NCBI GenBank assembly: GCA_964540965.1
Contig: CAZIOT010000009.1
Coordinates: 38,642-102,641, forward strand
DNA length: 64,000 nt
Reading direction: 5' to 3'
Source of the DNA: an uncultured Rubellimicrobium sp.
GTDB taxonomy: Bacteria; Pseudomonadota; Alphaproteobacteria; Rhodobacterales; Rhodobacteraceae
The notes beneath the pieces are model-generated. The model was not told the DNA's origin and ran no database searches. It saw nothing but the letters and a program-made list of their open reading frames with translations. Of the stretch, positions 7,319-15,649 are shown piece after piece; the stretch's first letter is position 1, and each line of letters opens with the position of its first letter. Made by a program: the position numbers and the translations under genes.

Positions 7319-9454
7319 TCATGGTGCGGCAAAGCGCGACAGCAGATCCTGCGCCAGCGACCGGGTCCGCTCGGCTTCGTCCAGCAGGGCGGATCGGGCG
7401 GCGAGCGGCGTGGTGTCGGGCAAGGGGGCAGGCGGGGTTTCCATCGCTACCGCGGCATCCCGAAGCAGGGGGTCGGCGCTGCGTTCCAGGGCTGCCCAGT
7501 CACCCGATGCCCAGGCGGCATCGTCCGCGACCTCGGTCTCGCCGGACAGGCGCGCAAGGCCGGTCGCGGCGCGCAACGCCTCGGACCTCGGGTCCGAGAG
7601 GCCGATCAGTTCGGCCTCGACCTGATCGCTGCGGCCCAGGGCGGCGGCGGCCTCGGCCCGCAGATAGCGGCGTTCGGCAAGTGCCGGGCCGGCGGCGGTC
7701 GGGTCCAGAAGGTCAAGCGCGCGGTCGGGAAAGCCGAGGGCGATCAGCCGCGCGGCGGCCAGGTTGACGGTTTCGGGCGCCAGATCGGTGCGCAGGGGCT
7801 GATAGGCGATGTCGAGAAAGGTCGCGTCATCGCCATGATCGGTGAGTTCGGCCAGCACCTGCGACAGCGCCGGGCCCTGTCGCATCTCGGGCAGGGTCGC
7901 GGCGCTTGCCAGCGCCTCGCCATAGCGGCCAAGCGCGGCAAGCAGGCGGGTCTCGGCCCCGGCGAGATCGGCTTCCTCGGCCCGGCCGCGGTATTCGAAG
8001 CGGAGCGCCCGCAGGAGGTCGAGCGTGCCGGCATCGGGAACCTGGCCCTGGGCGAGCGCGACATCGACCATGGCGATCGCTGCAGCCGGGGAAAGCTCGG
8101 GGTCCTCGCTGGCAAGGCTTTCGAGGTGGTCGAGCGCGGCAAGCGGTTCGTTGGCGGCAAGCGCGACTTCGGTGCGGGCAAGATCGGCGGCGGCGGGCTG
8201 ATCGGTGCTGCTGGTGACGGCGTGGTCGATCAGGTCCGCAGCGCCGAGCACATCGCCAGCGGCGCCGAAGATCGGCGCAAGGCGCAGGCCGATGGCGCCG
8301 CGCAAGGAGGGTGGCAACAGGCGCCAGGCGGCCTCGATCGCGGTGCGCTCTACCTCGCCGGTGCCGTCAAGGCTGTCGCGGGCCAGCGCGCGCCACAGCG
8401 CCACGGCGCCGGTGCAACCGGCCTGATCGGCCAGCGCCGCCGGCGTCACCGGCTCGCCCTCGACCAGAAGGGCGAGCAGGCGCAGCAGGTCGCGTTCCTG
8501 GCTTTGCCCGCCGTCGAGATCAAGGACCTGCCGCGCCTCGCGACCAAAGCCGAAGGCGATCTGGACCCTTGCCAGATGTTCGACGGCGCCGGGGGCGGTA
8601 CGGTCGAGCTCGTTGGTCAGGGCCAGCCGGGCGGCGCCCAGTTCGGTGGCATAGTCGCCGGTGCCGGTCCAGCCGGCCAGATCGAACCTGTCGTCGGGCA
8701 GGCAACTGCGGCCGCTTTCGGATAGGCCAGCGGGGGCGGTCTGGTCGGCGCCGGTGCGGGTCAGGATGCCGGGGCGGCCCTCGCCGACAGGGATCGCGGC
8801 GGCGGGCGTGTCGCCGGGCACCACCGGCGGCTGCCCTGCCGCATCGTCGCGCGGATCGGTGACGGCAAGGTCGAGCAGGCCCTGCGCGGCGCCGCGGGCA
8901 ATGCCTTCGGCCATGGCGCGTTCGATGGCGGCGGCGCGGTCGCGCGGTTCGGCTTCCACCGCGGGTGGACTGTCGGCGGGCAAGGCGGGGACGGCGAAGG
9001 GCAGGGGCAGGTCGCGCGGGCGGGCCGTGAACAGCGGGATCGCGCTGTCCGCGGCGGGCGGCCGGGGCGCGTCGCCATCCAACCGCACCTCGAAGGGCGA
9101 GGCGGGGTCGGGCGGCCCTTCGATCACGTCGAGGATCAGCCAGCCGCGCTGCCAGGCAAAGGCCTGGAGATGGCAGTCGCAGCCCAGGCGGATGTCTAGC
9201 CGGCCCGGCTCTGCCGTCACCTCTGCGATGCGGCTGCGCGGGATCATCTCGAACACGCTGCCGATGGCAAAGCCGTCGTCGCGGTCGAGGATCAGCGCAT
9301 AGCCGTCGGCGGTGCGGCCGGCCCGCCAGCCGGTGCCTTCACCGGCGGCGACGGACAGCCGGCTGAAGCCGGCGTGTTCGCCCGACTGCACTGCGATCTC
9401 CTGCGCGGTCGCCGCGGTGGCAAGCAGCGACAGAAGGATGGCAAACCGGATCAT
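7319..9454 (-). CDS. Large secreted Ala/Pro-rich protein of unknown function, translationally coupled to motA (possible MotC-like stator partner)
   Basis: 711 aa with signal peptide MIRFAILLSLLATAATAQE, an N-terminal beta-rich domain, Pro-rich linkers and a long helical-repeat-like C-terminal region. ATGA overlap with the motA stop (9451-9454). Confidence 0.7.
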   Translation of the reverse strand: MIRFAILLSLLATAATAQEIAVQSGEHAGFSRLSVAAGEGTGWRAGRTADGYALILDRDDGFAIGSVFEMIPRSRIAEVTAEPGRLDIRLGCDCHLQAFAWQRGWLILDVIEGPPDPASPFEVRLDGDAPRPPAADSAIPLFTARPRDLPLPFAVPALPADSPPAVEAEPRDRAAAIERAMAEGIARGAAQGLLDLAVTDPRDDAAGQPPVVPGDTPAAAIPVGEGRPGILTRTGADQTAPAGLSESGRSCLPDDRFDLAGWTGTGDYATELGAARLALTNELDRTAPGAVEHLARVQIAFGFGREARQVLDLDGGQSQERDLLRLLALLVEGEPVTPAALADQAGCTGAVALWRALARDSLDGTGEVERTAIEAAWRLLPPSLRGAIGLRLAPIFGAAGDVLGAADLIDHAVTSSTDQPAAADLARTEVALAANEPLAALDHLESLASEDPELSPAAAIAMVDVALAQGQVPDAGTLDLLRALRFEYRGRAEEADLAGAETRLLAALGRYGEALASAATLPEMRQGPALSQVLAELTDHGDDATFLDIAYQPLRTDLAPETVNLAAARLIALGFPDRALDLLDPTAAGPALAERRYLRAEAAAALGRSDQVEAELIGLSDPRSEALRAATGLARLSGETEVADDAAWASGDWAALERSADPLLRDAAVAMETPPAPLPDTTPLAARSALLDEAERTRSLAQDLLSRFAAP

Positions 9455-10317
9455 GCCGCCTCCTTCGTCGCCTTCAACGCCTCTTCCAGTTCGGTAAAGC
9501 TTGGCCGGTTGTGGCCTGGCGTGTTCTGGCGTCCGACCTCGATGCAGATCTGCGGCGGGTGCTGGTAGAGGTTGGCGACCAGCACCTCGCGGATCAGGCG
9601 GTAGAAATGGATCTCTTCGTCCAGCACCGCTTTCAGTTTCGAGGCGAAGGGGCCGACCATGCCATAGGCCAGAAACACGCCCAGGAATGTGCCGACCAGC
9701 GCGCCACCGATCAGCTTGCCCAGCACCTCGGGCGGCTGGTCGATGGACCCCATGGTCTTGATGACGCCCAGCACGGCGGCAACGATGCCCAGGGCCGGCA
9801 GGCCGTCGGCGATGGTCTGCAGCGCATGGGGCGAATGCAGCGCGTGCTGCTGATGCGCCTCGATGCGCTTTTCCAGCACCTCCTCGACCTGATGGGGGTC
9901 GTCGTAATTCATCGAGGCCGAGCGCAGGGTGTCGCAGATCAGGTCGACCGCCTCGTGATCCTTCTGGATTTTCGGATACTTGCCGAAGATGGGCGATTCG
10001 CCCGGCTTCTCGATGTGTTCTTCAAGAGCGACGGGATTCGACCGGGCCAGCCGGATCAATTCGAACAGAAGGCACAAGAGGTCGCGATAATCGCCGTGCT
10101 TCCATTTCGCGCCCTTGAACACCTTGCCCATGTCCTTGAGCGTGTGCTTGATCGCCGCCCCGTCGTTCGAGATGACAAAGGCGCCGATGGCGGCGCCGCC
10201 GATCATCATCATCTCGAACGGCAGCGATTTCATGATGATGGTCAGCTTGCCCCCGGCAAGGATATAGCCGCCGAAAACCATCGCGAAGATGATGACGATG
10301 CCGATGATCCCGATCAT
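9451..10317 (-). CDS. motA: Flagellar stator protein MotA
   Basis: 288 aa with MotA/TolQ/ExbB channel topology and typical N-terminus MIGIIGIVIIFAMVFGGYILAGG. Confidence 0.9.
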   Translation of the reverse strand: MIGIIGIVIIFAMVFGGYILAGGKLTIIMKSLPFEMMMIGGAAIGAFVISNDGAAIKHTLKDMGKVFKGAKWKHGDYRDLLCLLFELIRLARSNPVALEEHIEKPGESPIFGKYPKIQKDHEAVDLICDTLRSASMNYDDPHQVEEVLEKRIEAHQQHALHSPHALQTIADGLPALGIVAAVLGVIKTMGSIDQPPEVLGKLIGGALVGTFLGVFLAYGMVGPFASKLKAVLDEEIHFYRLIREVLVANLYQHPPQICIEVGRQNTPGHNRPSFTELEEALKATKEAA

Positions 10318-10383
10318 GCCAGCGGTTCCTTGCCTGCGTTCATTCCGCCCCGACCCTTGCAGAGAGGGGTTAAGGTTTCGTCT

Positions 10384-10956
10384 TCATTCGGTGGGGGCAC
10401 CGGTGTTGCGGCCGGCAAGGATGACGCTGATCGAATAGGCGCGCTCGGGCGTCAGCCCGGCCATGATCGCGGCGGCGGCAGCGGGCTGCATCATGCCAAG
10501 GAATCCGGCGCTGAAGGCGGGATCCATGGTTTCGAACAGCACCGCGGCATCCTGCGGCTTCATGTTTTCATAGACCGCGGTCAGCCGGTCGAGATCGTCC
10601 TGCGCGGCGCTGTCGGCCAGTGCAATCATCTCGGCAAGGGATTGTTCGGCGCTGGCAAGTTCCGCAATCTTTTCCTCGATCTGCGCCGTGGCCACCGCGA
10701 CGGCCTGTTCTCGGTCGGCCAGGGCGCGCTCGCGCTCGGCCAGCCGCGATTCGCGGGTGCGGAACGCGTCCAGCAGGGCGCCGGTGCCCTGTTCGGCAAC
10801 GCAGGTGCCGGCGACCTCGGCCGTTTCGGCCGGCGGTTCGGTGCCGACGGCGAAGGCCATGTCGGCGTGCCCGCCCAGCCGCACCACGCCCGAGCCGAAC
10901 AGGAGGATGGCAAGCCAGCCCAACACGCCGGGCCTGCGGCGATTGCGCACGGCCAT
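10384..10956 (-). CDS. MotE/FlbB-like protein (MgtE_N-like domain)
   Basis: N-terminal anchor, a coiled coil, then the motif YENMKPQDAAVLFETMDP..AAAIMAGLTP typical of MotE/FlbB family proteins. Confidence 0.6.
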   Translation of the reverse strand: MAVRNRRRPGVLGWLAILLFGSGVVRLGGHADMAFAVGTEPPAETAEVAGTCVAEQGTGALLDAFRTRESRLAERERALADREQAVAVATAQIEEKIAELASAEQSLAEMIALADSAAQDDLDRLTAVYENMKPQDAAVLFETMDPAFSAGFLGMMQPAAAAAIMAGLTPERAYSISVILAGRNTGAPTE

Positions 10957-11303
10957 CAGCGCCGCCCCACCATTTCGGGATGGCGCACGAAGACCGAGGA
11001 GGCCGGCCGTGGCGCCGGCTCTGGCAGGTCGTGCAGCGAGGCGAGCAGCAGTTCCAGCCGGCCCGCCGCGGCCTCGGCCCGGTCGGACACGGCAGCAAGC
11101 TGCGCCGCGGCCTCGCCGGCGCGGGTTTCGGCGCCCTGCAGCATCCGCGACAGGTCGTCGACCTGGGCCGACAGGACGGCGACGGCGCCGCCGACGCCCT
11201 TCTCGAGATCGGTGAACCGCCGCAGGCGGCGGGCCAGGACGATGCAGTACAGGCCCGCGCCCATCGCGCCGGCGGCCATCAGGATATCGGCAATCGCATT
11301 CAT
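10956..11303 (-). CDS. Small membrane-anchored coiled-coil protein, unknown function
   Basis: 115 aa with one N-terminal TM helix followed by coiled coil. Its stop overlaps the next start (TGATG). Confidence 0.55.
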   Translation of the reverse strand: MNAIADILMAAGAMGAGLYCIVLARRLRRFTDLEKGVGGAVAVLSAQVDDLSRMLQGAETRAGEAAAQLAAVSDRAEAAAGRLELLLASLHDLPEPAPRPASSVFVRHPEMVGRR

Positions 11304-11312
11304 CGCGGCCCC

Positions 11313-11846
11313 TCAGTTCAGCACGAATTCGGTGACAAGCAGGTCGCGCACCCGGCCCTCGCCGGTGACGACCTGGATGCGGCGCAGAAGCTGCGACCGG
11401 ATCAGGGTCAGGATCATCTGATCCTCGAAATCCTCGGGCTCGACCGCGCGCAGATAGCTGTTCATCACATCGGCGATGCGCGGTTTCACCGCTTCGACCG
11501 CCGCTGCCTGACCCTCCACGACCTCGAGCGAGGCGGCGAATCGCAGGAACTGCCGGCCGGTCGAGCGCGGCATGTTCACGATCAGCGGGTCGAGCGCGAC
11601 ATAGCTGACCGGGGCGACGGCGGGGGCGGCATGGGCGTCGGTCGCAGTCTCGGGCGCTGATTCGTGGGTGGTGCCGCCGCCACCCAGTAGACCCAGGCGC
11701 ACAGCCATGAACCCGCCCCCCGCCCCGGCGATGGCCAGCACAAGCCCCAGGATCAGCGGCAGTTTCGAACGTTTCTTCGGTGGCACATCGGCCGGATCGG
11801 CAGTCGCGGTCATCGGGTTCATCCCTTCTGGAATTTCACCCGTCAT
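11313..11846 (-). CDS. fliL: Flagellar basal-body-associated protein FliL (paralog 2)
   Basis: 177 aa with a single TM helix and a FliL C-domain (YVALDPLIVNM..FLRFAASLEV..IADVMNSYL..VTEFVLN). Confidence 0.75.
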   Translation of the reverse strand: MTGEIPEGMNPMTATADPADVPPKKRSKLPLILGLVLAIAGAGGGFMAVRLGLLGGGGTTHESAPETATDAHAAPAVAPVSYVALDPLIVNMPRSTGRQFLRFAASLEVVEGQAAAVEAVKPRIADVMNSYLRAVEPEDFEDQMILTLIRSQLLRRIQVVTGEGRVRDLLVTEFVLN

Positions 11847-11859
11847 AGACCGGCAGGGA

Positions 11860-11874
11860 CTAACCGATTGTTAA
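11860..11874. promoter_or_regulatory. Candidate CtrA box (cTAAC-N5-GTTAA, equivalent to xTAA-N7-TTAA) in the fliL/fliF divergent promoter region
   Basis: The sequence CTAACCGATTGTTAA lies between the divergent starts at 11846 and 11934. It matches the TTAA-N7-TTAA(C) consensus except for one base. Confidence 0.45.
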
Positions 11875-11933
11875 GGCTGTCCGGTTCATGGTGCCCCCGT
11901 CGGGAGAAACCCGGCCAGCAAGGATCCTGCCAC

Positions 11934-13469
11934 ATGACCAATCTTCTGAACGTCTGGTCGACCCTTGGCGCCCGGCGGCGGCTTGTCGTCATCGGGGCGG
12001 CCCTCGCGGTCTTTGCCGCGGTGCTGGGCCTGACGCGGGGCGCCGGCGCGCGCGACATGGCGCTGCTCTATGCCGGGCTGGATCCGGGCGCCGCCGGCGG
12101 TGTCATCACCGCGCTTGACCAGCGCGGCGTGGTCTATGAGGTGCGTGGCGACGCGATCTGGGTCACCACCGCCGACCGCGATCTGCTGCGGTTGTCGCTG
12201 GCCGGCGAAGGGCTGCCGGAAAGCTCGTCGCAGGGCTATGAGCTGCTTGATTCGCTTAGCGGATTTGGCACCACATCGCAGATGTTCGACGCCGCCTACT
12301 GGCGCGCGAAGGAAGGCGAGCTGGCACGGACCATCCTGTCGGTGCCCGGGGTGCGCACCGCCCGCGTCCATATCTCGGCCGCGCCGGACCGGCCGTTTGC
12401 CCGCGACGCCCGCGCCACCGCCGCCGTCACGATCGGCACCGGCGGCACCGCGCTCAGCGCCGATCAGGCGCGGGCGCTGCGCTATCTGGTCGCCTCGGCG
12501 GTCAGCGGCCTGCGGCCCGAGGATGTGGCGGTGATCGACGCCGAAACCGGCCTGGTCCCCGCCGACGATCCGGCCGGCGCCGGCGATTCGCGGGCCGAGG
12601 AATTGCGCCATCGGGCGACCCGCCTGATCGAGGCGCGGGTCGGGCCGGGCAATGCCGTGGTCGAGGTCGCGGTCGAAACCGTCACCGAATCGGAATCCGT
12701 GGTCGAACGCCGCATCGACCCCGACAGCCGCATCGCGATTTCCACCGAGGTGCAGGAAAACGCCCGCTCGGCGCAGAATGCCGCGGCCGGTGCCGTCACC
12801 GTCGCCTCGAACCTGCCGGACGGAGAGGCGGGCGCGCAGGGCGGCGGGTCACAATCGACCGACAGCGAATCGCGGACGCTGACCAACTATGACCTGTCGG
12901 AAACCAGCCGCGAGGTGGTGCGTGCCCCCGGTGCGGTGCGGCGGCTTACCGTGGCCGTGCTGGTCAACGACCTGACGACGACCGCCGCCGACGGCAGCGT
13001 CACCACCACGCCGCGCAGCGAGGAAGAGATGACGGCCCTGCGCGATCTTGTCGCCTCGGCCGTCGGTTTCGACGCCGCCCGCGGCGACGAGATCACCATC
13101 CGCTCGATGGCGTTCGAGCCGGTGGCAGAGGGCGGCACCGAAGGCGTCGCCGGGGCCGGGTTTCTTGACGTGATGGGGCTGGTGCGGCTTGCGGTGCTGG
13201 CGGCGGTGGCGCTGATCCTTGGCCTGTTCGTGCTGCGGCCGATCCTGACCTCGCGCCGCGCCGCCCTGACCGATGACAGCACCGCCCTGCTGCCGGCCGC
13301 CCCGGTCGGCTTGCCAGCGCCGTTGCCCGACACCGCCCGCGTGATGCCCGAGGCCGAGATCATCGACCCGGTGACCCGTCTGCGCCGCCTGATCGAGGAG
13401 CGGCAGGACGAGACGATCCAGATCCTGCAGACCTGGATCGAGGAACCGGCCCGGCGTGAGCGTGCATGA
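11934..13469 (+). CDS. fliF: Flagellar MS-ring protein FliF
   Basis: Starts MTNLLNVWSTLGARRRL followed by a TM helix. YscJ/FliF family sequence with a C-terminal TM. ATG at 11934 is preferred over the TTG at 11868. Confidence 0.9.
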   Translation: MTNLLNVWSTLGARRRLVVIGAALAVFAAVLGLTRGAGARDMALLYAGLDPGAAGGVITALDQRGVVYEVRGDAIWVTTADRDLLRLSLAGEGLPESSSQGYELLDSLSGFGTTSQMFDAAYWRAKEGELARTILSVPGVRTARVHISAAPDRPFARDARATAAVTIGTGGTALSADQARALRYLVASAVSGLRPEDVAVIDAETGLVPADDPAGAGDSRAEELRHRATRLIEARVGPGNAVVEVAVETVTESESVVERRIDPDSRIAISTEVQENARSAQNAAAGAVTVASNLPDGEAGAQGGGSQSTDSESRTLTNYDLSETSREVVRAPGAVRRLTVAVLVNDLTTTAADGSVTTTPRSEEEMTALRDLVASAVGFDAARGDEITIRSMAFEPVAEGGTEGVAGAGFLDVMGLVRLAVLAAVALILGLFVLRPILTSRRAALTDDSTALLPAAPVGLPAPLPDTARVMPEAEIIDPVTRLRRLIEERQDETIQILQTWIEEPARRERA

Positions 13470-14035
13470 TGGTCCGGCTCGCCCTTCTGGAAAGTTTCGA
13501 CACCGCCACCCCGCCAGAGGCCGGCAGTCCCGGCGCCGACTGGAAGGCCGGCCATGCGGCGGGCTTTGACGAAGGCCAGGCGGCGGCACGGGCCGAGGCC
13601 ACCGCGCTCAGCGCCGAGACGGCGCAGCGCATCGCCGATCTCTGCTTTGGTTATCGCGAGGCCGAGGCGCAGATACTGGCCCGGTTGCGGCCATTGTTCC
13701 GCGCCCTGGCCGACCGCATCGTGCCGGCGGTACTGCAAGACACCCTTGGCGTCGCCCTGGCCGAGGAGCTCGACGCCGCCGTTGTCGCCGATCTGGCGCG
13801 CCCCGCCGTGCTGCGCGTCCCGCCCGAGGATCACGCCGCTGTCGACGCCGCCCTCGCCGCGCTGGCCCGCGCGCCCTTCGTCCTGCGTGCGGATCCGGCG
13901 CTCGCCCGCGGGCAGGCGCTGATCGAGACGTCGGCGCAATCGACCGCATTCGACTGCGGCCGGCTGGCCGCCGATGTCGATGCGGCACTGGCCGCACTTT
14001 GTATCGAACCCGCAAGGAACCCGTCCCATGGCTGA
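13466..14035 (+). CDS. FliH-like flagellar assembly protein (weak call)
   Basis: 189 aa, Ala/Glu-rich N-terminal half. Position fliF-X-fliN; overlaps the fliF stop (ATGA) and the fliN start. Confidence 0.5.
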   Translation: MMVRLALLESFDTATPPEAGSPGADWKAGHAAGFDEGQAAARAEATALSAETAQRIADLCFGYREAEAQILARLRPLFRALADRIVPAVLQDTLGVALAEELDAAVVADLARPAVLRVPPEDHAAVDAALAALARAPFVLRADPALARGQALIETSAQSTAFDCGRLAADVDAALAALCIEPARNPSHG

Positions 14036-14321
14036 CCAGATGATGCCCGGTATCGAAGCCGTGGCCGACAACCCGCTGCGCGACCTGCCGATCGAGATCA
14101 CGATTTCCGTCGGCCGCGCCCGCCCCGCCGTGCGCGACCTGCTGGCTTTGGGCGAAAACGCGGTGCTCGCGCTTGACCGACGCGCCGACGACCCGGTCGA
14201 ACTCTACATCGGCGACCGGCTGATCGCCCGCGGCGAGTTGCAGGAACTGGAAGGCGGCGAGCCGGGGCAACTGGCCGTCCGCCTGACCGAAGTCGCCAAT
14301 CTGGGCGGGGGACTGGGCTGA
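14028..14321 (+). CDS. fliN: Flagellar C-ring/SpoA-domain protein FliN
   Basis: 97 aa with SpoA domain motifs (LRDLPIEITISVGRA..LLALGENAVLALD..VELYIGDRLIARGEL). Confidence 0.85.
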   Translation: MADQMMPGIEAVADNPLRDLPIEITISVGRARPAVRDLLALGENAVLALDRRADDPVELYIGDRLIARGELQELEGGEPGQLAVRLTEVANLGGGLG

Positions 14322-15050
14322 ATGCGGCTTCTTGCCCTCGCCGCCCTGGCGCTTCTATTGCCCACGGCGGCTGCTGCGCAGGATTTTGACGCGCTGGGCC
14401 AGCTGGCCGGCGACGGCTCTCTGGCGGAACGGTCGATCCAGATCCTGCTGCTGGTTACAATTCTCAGCATCGTGCCGGGACTGGCCGTCACCATCACCTG
14501 CTTTCCCTTCGTCGTCACCGTGCTGTCGATCCTGCGGCAGGCCATCGGCCTGCAGCAATCGCCGCCGAACATGCTGATCGTCAGCCTCGCGTTGTTCCTG
14601 TCGTGGTTCGTGATGGAGCCGGTGCTGACCGCCGCCTGGACCGGGGGCGTTGAACCCTATGTCGAAGGCACCATGCCGCTCGAGGAGGCGGCGGGCCGCG
14701 CTGTCGAGCCATTCCGCGGCTTCATGGCGGCCCGCGTCGAGCCCGATACCTTTGCGGCGCTGGCTGAGCTGCGGCCCGGCCTTGACGCCGCGGTCACGCC
14801 CGAAGCGGCGCCGCTTTCGGTGCTGGTGCCCTCGTTCCTGCTTTCCGAGATCGAAAAGGCGTTCCGCATCGGTTTCCTCATCTACCTGCCGTTCCTCATC
14901 ATCGACCTCGTCGTCGCCGCGGTCCTGATGTCGATGGGCATGATGATGGTGCCGCCGGCCATCGTCTCTCTGCCGTTCAAGCTGGCCTTCTTCGTCGTCG
15001 CCGACGGCTGGAGCCTGATCGCCGCCAGTCTGGTGCGGAGTTACGGCTGA
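14322..15050 (+). CDS. fliP: Flagellar export apparatus protein FliP
   Basis: Signal peptide plus conserved FliP core (SIQILLLVTILSIVPGL..TCFPFVVTVLSILRQAIGLQQSPPN). Confidence 0.95.
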   Translation: MRLLALAALALLLPTAAAAQDFDALGQLAGDGSLAERSIQILLLVTILSIVPGLAVTITCFPFVVTVLSILRQAIGLQQSPPNMLIVSLALFLSWFVMEPVLTAAWTGGVEPYVEGTMPLEEAAGRAVEPFRGFMAARVEPDTFAALAELRPGLDAAVTPEAAPLSVLVPSFLLSEIEKAFRIGFLIYLPFLIIDLVVAAVLMSMGMMMVPPAIVSLPFKLAFFVVADGWSLIAASLVRSYG

Positions 15051-15649
15051 GATCGCGCGCCTGCCGCAGGGCCGGTCCTGTGTCGGTCCGGATTGAGCGA
15101 TGTCGCCGCACAGCCGGCGCGTCGGTCAGGTAGCCGAGGGTAGAGGCAGGACCGGGGCAGCGGGTAAGCTGAACCGGCCGCCGCACTTGTGGCGTCGTAA
15201 GCCCGTTGCACACACCTGCGATGTCCGACGAAAGCGCTGATGTGCATCAGCGATCTGCCCAGTCCGCTCACCGGAACCTCTATGCCCTGAGCGCGGCCGC
15301 CGGTTTGCAGCACTGCGGCCGGATGCGGGCCACCGCCCATGGTCGGGATTCGGTCGAAGGCTAACTCGAAAGCCGCCGCAAGTGGCACTGCGACCGCGTG
15401 GCACCGGCCGATTATCGCTTCGACTCGCCAGGCCGGTGGCGCGGTCAGGAGCGTCAGGTGCAACCCCTGGCTGCGAAAAAGCTCCGGCCCCGCCGGTCGT
15501 TTGCCACAGTGCCCCGCTCGCGGGGCAATCGCGGTGGCGGCAAGGAACCGTTTCGGGGAGCGGCAGGTGCGACGGCGGAAAGTCGGGTAGAAGCCGACTC
15601 GGTCCGCCGTTCATGACGCGTCCTTGTATCACGCGCCGCGCATCGCCGC

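Noticed and set aside
15381-15410. Two TGGCAC motifs as sigma-54 (-24) promoter elements
   Set aside because: Neither is followed by TTGC at the required 5-nt spacing. Fla2-type clusters are CtrA-dependent and not sigma-54-dependent.
15041-15463. Annotating the 140-codon minus-strand ORF as an intact flgJ/cheL rod-binding gene
   Set aside because: The similarity is only impressionistic. The ORF has a poor codon profile with several rare codons and a Cys/Arg-rich tail that overlaps the fliP stop. It is kept as a hypothesis (possible remnant) within the gap finding and is not listed as a feature.
15571-15600. The GGCGGAAAGTCGGG motif as the RNase P RNA P4 region
   Set aside because: It only loosely resembles GAGGAAAGTCCGGGC. 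I could find none of the other conserved RNase P, tmRNA, SRP or 6S elements in the flanks on either strand.
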